Assembly (NCBI GenBank): GCA_038046725.1
Contig: JBBSVQ010000018.1
Coordinates: 24,168 to 88,167, forward strand
Reading direction: 5' to 3'
Source of the DNA: Thermoplasmatota archaeon
GTDB taxonomy: Archaea; Thermoplasmatota; E2; JACPAO01; JAHFTW01
DNA length: 64,000 bases
Shown: positions 60,016 through 64,000 of the stretch, one piece after another
Layout: the number at the start of each line of letters is the position of its first letter
Position numbering within the stretch: position 1 is the stretch's first letter
Program-made: the position numbers and the translations under genes
The notes under the pieces: model-generated
What the model was told of the DNA's origin: nothing
What the model saw: the letters and a program-made list of their open reading frames with translations, nothing else
Database searches by the model: none

Positions 60016-60968
60016 GCCTTGACCTCCTCCGTGATGACGGCGGCTGCTTCGGGCAACTTGGGGCTGATCCAGATCTCGCCGCGGGGGAAGTTCTCCTGCG
60101 ACACCGTGATGCGACCCTCCTTGGTCAGGGCGAGGACGGACGTGAACGTCTGCACGAGGTCGCTGCGCTCCTTCTCGTACAGGGCGCTGAACGGCACGGG
60201 CTGCGACGGGTAGTCCAGGATGCGGGCCCACGTCTCCGCCATTTCGGCGGCGATGTCCTCGCGGTGCATCATGCCGCCAAGGCGGCCGCGCATTTTCCGG
60301 CGCAGCGACAGGCGGGCCTGCAGCTTCTGCTCGTTCAGCACAAGCCGTTGCTGCGACTCCCCGTGCACTTCCTCGAGGGCTCCGATGAGTTCCATCAAGG
60401 TGACGCGGCGGTCGCCCTTGTGGCGCACCTTCTCGTCAATGGGGGCGCGCGGCAGGGCGGCGATGCGCGAGTTGTAGTCCATCTGCTCGTCGCTGAAGCC
60501 GAAGTCCGCGATGTCCTCCCAGCCGGGGGCCTCCTCGTGCTGGTTGGCCAGGACGGCCCGGTCGGCGACCTCGTCACTCTGCAGCTTCAGGACGGTCCAG
60601 GCGAGCAGGATGATGCGGCCGGCGGTCACGATGTCCACGCCGCGTGCCTTGGCCTCGGCGAGGTAGGTCTGCGCGAACTTGGACAAGTCAATGTCCCAGG
60701 GGTCAAGGTGGTGCTGGATGACGAGCTCGAAGGCGATGGCGAGGTCGCGGTGGAAGCCGTCCTTCAACGCGACGTGCTCGCCATCCCGGGAGCCGGTGAC
60801 CATCTCGATGTACTCGGTGAGCTTCGAGCCGTCGTCGCCGTGCTGCGCCATGGCCTTGTGCCACAACAGGTGGCGCACGACGTTGGCGGTCTGCAGTGTC
60901 GTCTCGGACGGGGCGGGCTTCTCGATGGGCGAGAGGCGCAGCTGCGCGGCCTCGGTCTTGTCGGCCAT
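60012..60968 (-). CDS. scpA: Kleisin ScpA
   Basis: LDPWDIDL, AGRIILLAW, VTLMELIGAL, C-terminal winged helix (TFTSVLAL..G.I.VSQ); lies between smc and scpB. Confidence 0.85.
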   Translation of the reverse strand: MADKTEAAQLRLSPIEKPAPSETTLQTANVVRHLLWHKAMAQHGDDGSKLTEYIEMVTGSRDGEHVALKDGFHRDLAIAFELVIQHHLDPWDIDLSKFAQTYLAEAKARGVDIVTAGRIILLAWTVLKLQSDEVADRAVLANQHEEAPGWEDIADFGFSDEQMDYNSRIAALPRAPIDEKVRHKGDRRVTLMELIGALEEVHGESQQRLVLNEQKLQARLSLRRKMRGRLGGMMHREDIAAEMAETWARILDYPSQPVPFSALYEKERSDLVQTFTSVLALTKEGRITVSQENFPRGEIWISPKLPEAAAVITEEVKA

Positions 60969-60994
60969 CAGACACCCCCGCCGATGCCCGACGA

Positions 60995-61060
60995 GCCACG
61001 GATTGGCACGGATTGGCACGGAACGAGTGGGTTTCCGTGCTGGTCCGTGAAATCCGTGGC
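60995..61060. repeat. Family A hairpin between smc and scpA
   Basis: GCCACGGATTGGCACGGATTGGCACGGAA ... TTCCGTGCTGGTCCGTGAAATCCGTGGC. Confidence 0.88.
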
Positions 61061-61077
61061 CTGGTCGGCGCCGAAGC

Positions 61078-64000
61078 TCATGGCTTCACCTCGACGGTCA
61101 CGGCGCGCTCCATGAGGGCCGTGATGGTCGTCTCGCTCGTCGGCTTGCCCTTCGGCTTGGTCTTCTTCTCCTTGGGGCGATTGGCCTGCGGCGGCGGCAG
61201 GTCCGGGCCGGCGCCCTCGTCGGGGCCGTCCTCGCCGTCGGAGCCGCCCGGCTTGTCGTCGTCCTTGAGGGTGTCGATGTCGAAGTTCGCGATGATCTCC
61301 GACAGGCCCGGCTGCTGTTGCGTGACGCCGTAGATGTGGCTGGCTTCCTTGAGCGTGATCTTGCGCAGCGACACCACGATGAATTGCGCGAACTGGGCGT
61401 TGTTGCGGATCATCTTGGCCAGCAACTCGGAGTTGACGGCGTCGAGGTTCTGGTCCACTTCGTCGAAGTAGTAGAACGGCGACGGGTCGTAGCGTTGAAT
61501 CGCGAAGATGAAGGCCATCGAGGTGAGCGATTTTTCGCCGCCGGACAGGGAGTCGAGGCGGGTGACCTTCTTGCCCGGGGGCTGGGCTTTGAGGATGAGG
61601 CCGCCCTCGAAGGGGTTCTCGGCGTTCTCCAATTCCATGTACGCCTGGCCGCCGAGGCTGACGTCCTTGTACACGGTCTGGAAGTTCTCGTTGATGGCCG
61701 TGAAGACCTCCATGAGGGCGGCCTTCTTCTTGACGGTGATTTCGGCGACGAGTTTGAGGAGCTCTTCGCGCTGCGACTCCAGGCGTGCGACTTCCCCCTT
61801 CAGTTCGGCTTGGCGTAGGGCCTGGGCGTCGTATTGCTCGAGGGCCGTCATGTTGACGTTGCCGAGGCGCTCGAGAGCGGTCTCGGCGTTGCGCAGTTCG
61901 CGGCGCAGGTCGTCGAACCCGGCGACCTCCTCGCCGGGGTGCACCTCGACGGGGTTCTCGTTGAGTTCAACCATGGCGTCCCCGAGTTGCTCCTCGAGGG
62001 CCGGCAGCTTGGATTTCTGACTCGTGATGAGGCCGAAGTGCGTTTCGAGGCGGTCCTGGGCCTTCTCCATCTTGAGTTTCAGGTCCATGATTTCGGCGTA
62101 GGCCTTGTCCTTGGCCTCCTGCAGACCCTTCAGGGACCCCGTTGCCTTGCGCTCCATCTTCATCAGCGCCTCGACCTCGGCCTTCGCCTTCGTGTAGGCC
62201 TGAGCGAGCGCCTTGCCTTCCTCGGCCGCGCGCAGCCCCAGTCCGCCGCGGGACTCGACGGCGGCCGCGACCTCGTCGCGGCGCTTGAGCACCAGTTCGA
62301 GGTGCTTTGCGGCGACGTCGCGCTGGTTCTCCGCCTTCAACGCGGACTCGGTGAGCTCGGTGATGGCCTTTTCCAGGGCCTCGACTTTGTCCTTGAGGTC
62401 CTTGCGGGTGCCCTTGAGGAGGAGTTGGCCTTTCTCGACGCGGGAGCGTTCCAGCTCCTTCAGGCGGGCAGTGAGCGTCTCGATGGCGGCGGTGCCCGCG
62501 TGCTCCGCCTTCTCTGCCTCGCGGCGTTCGCGGCGCAGCCCGGCGAGGGCTTCTTCCAGCGTGGTCTTGCGCTCGGCGAGAACCTCGGCCTTGCGTTCCT
62601 TGTCCTTGAGGGTCTCCTCGTGGTTGCCGGCCTGGCGGCCCTCGGAGTCCATTTGGGCCTGCAGTTGCTCGATGGCGATGCGCAACTCGCCGATGCGGAC
62701 GGCCAGCACCTTCTCGGCTTCCTCGGCCTGCGCCGCTTCCTGCATGGCTTCGTCCATGCGGCCGCGGTCGGCGTTGGTGAAGCCCAATTCGTCGTCCTTG
62801 CGCTTCTTGCCGGCGTTGCCGCCCGTCATGGCGCCCGAGGCTTCGAAGAGTTCGCCGTCGAGGGTGACGATGCGGACGCCGCCCATCATGCGGCGGCCCG
62901 TCGCCATGGAGTCGGCTACGAGGGTGTCGCCGAAGACGTGGAAGAACGCGTTCTGGTAGCGTTCATTGAATTTGATCAAGTCCAAGGCGAAGCCGAGGCA
63001 GCCCTGCTCCTTGACCTTCATGAGGGCCTGGCCGCGGGGGCGGCCCGGAACCATCTTGGTGAGTGGCAGGAACGTGGCGCGGCCGGCGCCGGTCTTCTTC
63101 AGCAGGTCGATGCACTCGGCGGCCACGGCGTCGTCCTCGACGACGATGGCGGACAGGCGGCCTGAGGCGGCGATCTGCAGGGCGTGCTTGTGCTCGTCCT
63201 GGACCTTGGCGAGTTCGCTGATGGTGCCGACGATGCCGCGGATCTCGCGCTTCTCGCGGGCCTTCAGGATGGCGTCCACGGCGGGCGTGTTGCTGCCGGA
63301 CTGCTGGGCGGCCGCGGCCTGCGCGGCAGACAACTCGGCGACTTCGCGGTGCAGGCGGCGGATGCGGCCGTCAATCTCCTGGTGTTGCTGTGCGAGTTCG
63401 GCTTGCTCCTTGCGCAGCGCGAAGAGGCGTTTCTCCTGGTCCTGGCGCTTCTTGCCGGAGCCGCCCGACACCTGCTTGAGTTCCTTGAGGTTCCAGGCAG
63501 TCTCGTCGAGGTCCTTGCCGGTGACTTCGAGGCTGGACTGCGTCTCGTCGATGGCGCGGTCGAGGCCCTTGGCTTTCTCCGCGAGCCGGTCGGACTCGAG
63601 TTTCGCTTCGTGCAGGGCAAGCTGGGCCTTCTCGTGCTCGACTTTCAGCGAGGTGAGCTCGCGGTTGATCTGCATCGCGCCCGAGTCGGACTTGGAGATG
63701 AGGTCGCGCACGCCTTCCAAGTCGGCCTTGTTGGCGGCGAGCGCCTTGTTGGCGGCCGCGGCGTCGGTGGTCGCCTTCGCTTGCAACTGCTTCGTCGTGG
63801 CCAGTTCCTTCTCGGCCTTGCGCAACTCCTCCGTCAGGGGTGCCGTGTCCTCCTGCGCCTGCTGGGCCTCGGCCTTGGCGTAGTTGATTTTCTCCTCCAG
63901 GCGCACCATGGCGTCGCGTGCGGCCTTGATGGATTCCTGGATCTTGGCGACTTCCTCGCCGCCCTGCTCGCGGATCTTCGCCTCGACTTCGGCGAAGCGG
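61078..64000 (-). CDS. smc: Chromosome segregation ATPase SMC (5' part outside the window)
   Basis: Hinge (GIVGTISEL, GRATFLPL, VTLDGELFE.SGAMTGG), LSGGEKS signature, YYFDEVD Walker B. Confidence 0.97.
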   Translation of the reverse strand, partial: RFAEVEAKIREQGGEEVAKIQESIKAARDAMVRLEEKINYAKAEAQQAQEDTAPLTEELRKAEKELATTKQLQAKATTDAAAANKALAANKADLEGVRDLISKSDSGAMQINRELTSLKVEHEKAQLALHEAKLESDRLAEKAKGLDRAIDETQSSLEVTGKDLDETAWNLKELKQVSGGSGKKRQDQEKRLFALRKEQAELAQQHQEIDGRIRRLHREVAELSAAQAAAAQQSGSNTPAVDAILKAREKREIRGIVGTISELAKVQDEHKHALQIAASGRLSAIVVEDDAVAAECIDLLKKTGAGRATFLPLTKMVPGRPRGQALMKVKEQGCLGFALDLIKFNERYQNAFFHVFGDTLVADSMATGRRMMGGVRIVTLDGELFEASGAMTGGNAGKKRKDDELGFTNADRGRMDEAMQEAAQAEEAEKVLAVRIGELRIAIEQLQAQMDSEGRQAGNHEETLKDKERKAEVLAERKTTLEEALAGLRRERREAEKAEHAGTAAIETLTARLKELERSRVEKGQLLLKGTRKDLKDKVEALEKAITELTESALKAENQRDVAAKHLELVLKRRDEVAAAVESRGGLGLRAAEEGKALAQAYTKAKAEVEALMKMERKATGSLKGLQEAKDKAYAEIMDLKLKMEKAQDRLETHFGLITSQKSKLPALEEQLGDAMVELNENPVEVHPGEEVAGFDDLRRELRNAETALERLGNVNMTALEQYDAQALRQAELKGEVARLESQREELLKLVAEITVKKKAALMEVFTAINENFQTVYKDVSLGGQAYMELENAENPFEGGLILKAQPPGKKVTRLDSLSGGEKSLTSMAFIFAIQRYDPSPFYYFDEVDQNLDAVNSELLAKMIRNNAQFAQFIVVSLRKITLKEASHIYGVTQQQPGLSEIIANFDIDTLKDDDKPGGSDGEDGPDEGAGPDLPPPQANRPKEKKTKPKGKPTSETTITALMERAVTVEVKP

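Overview
Very GC-rich archaeal chromosome segment. Archaeal markers include RpoL, Csl4, RFC small subunit, GHMP-type shikimate kinase, membrane LonB and AK6. Gyrase, SMC-ScpAB and fatty-acid/B12 genes suggest Thermoplasmatota (inference). Gene order: aroD/E-aroK-aroA-aroC; hisG-D-C-H-A-B-F-IE; an accessory block (lipase, two BNR lipoproteins, a bacterial-type acyltransferase, a surface protein, D-amino-acid oxidase in frame with a PEPCK/HPrK-like P-loop protein); housekeeping genes (rpiA, csl4, rpoL, truD, rfcS, lonB, nadM, cinA, uppS, dinB, glyA, AK6, NOG1-like GTPase, beta-CA, ACAD, meaB/B12-binding subunit); and smc-scpA-scpB-gyrB-gyrA. I saw no rRNA, tRNA, CRISPR array or transposase. Main unexplained signals: (1) a 14-codon His-rich uORF (MLLACLALHTVHHG) with alternative pairings whose stop overlaps a GTG in frame with hisG, a candidate archaeal attenuator; (2) a perfect 34-bp alternating purine-pyrimidine tract from the TATA box to the expected start site of gyrBA, a candidate Z-DNA supercoiling switch; (3) two dense families of dispersed non-coding elements, namely hairpins of triplicated 9-10-bp units whose arms co-vary copy by copy and a 165-290 bp MITE-like element, which nest in each other and enter coding sequence. 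All annotation is by eye from motifs; no database search was run.
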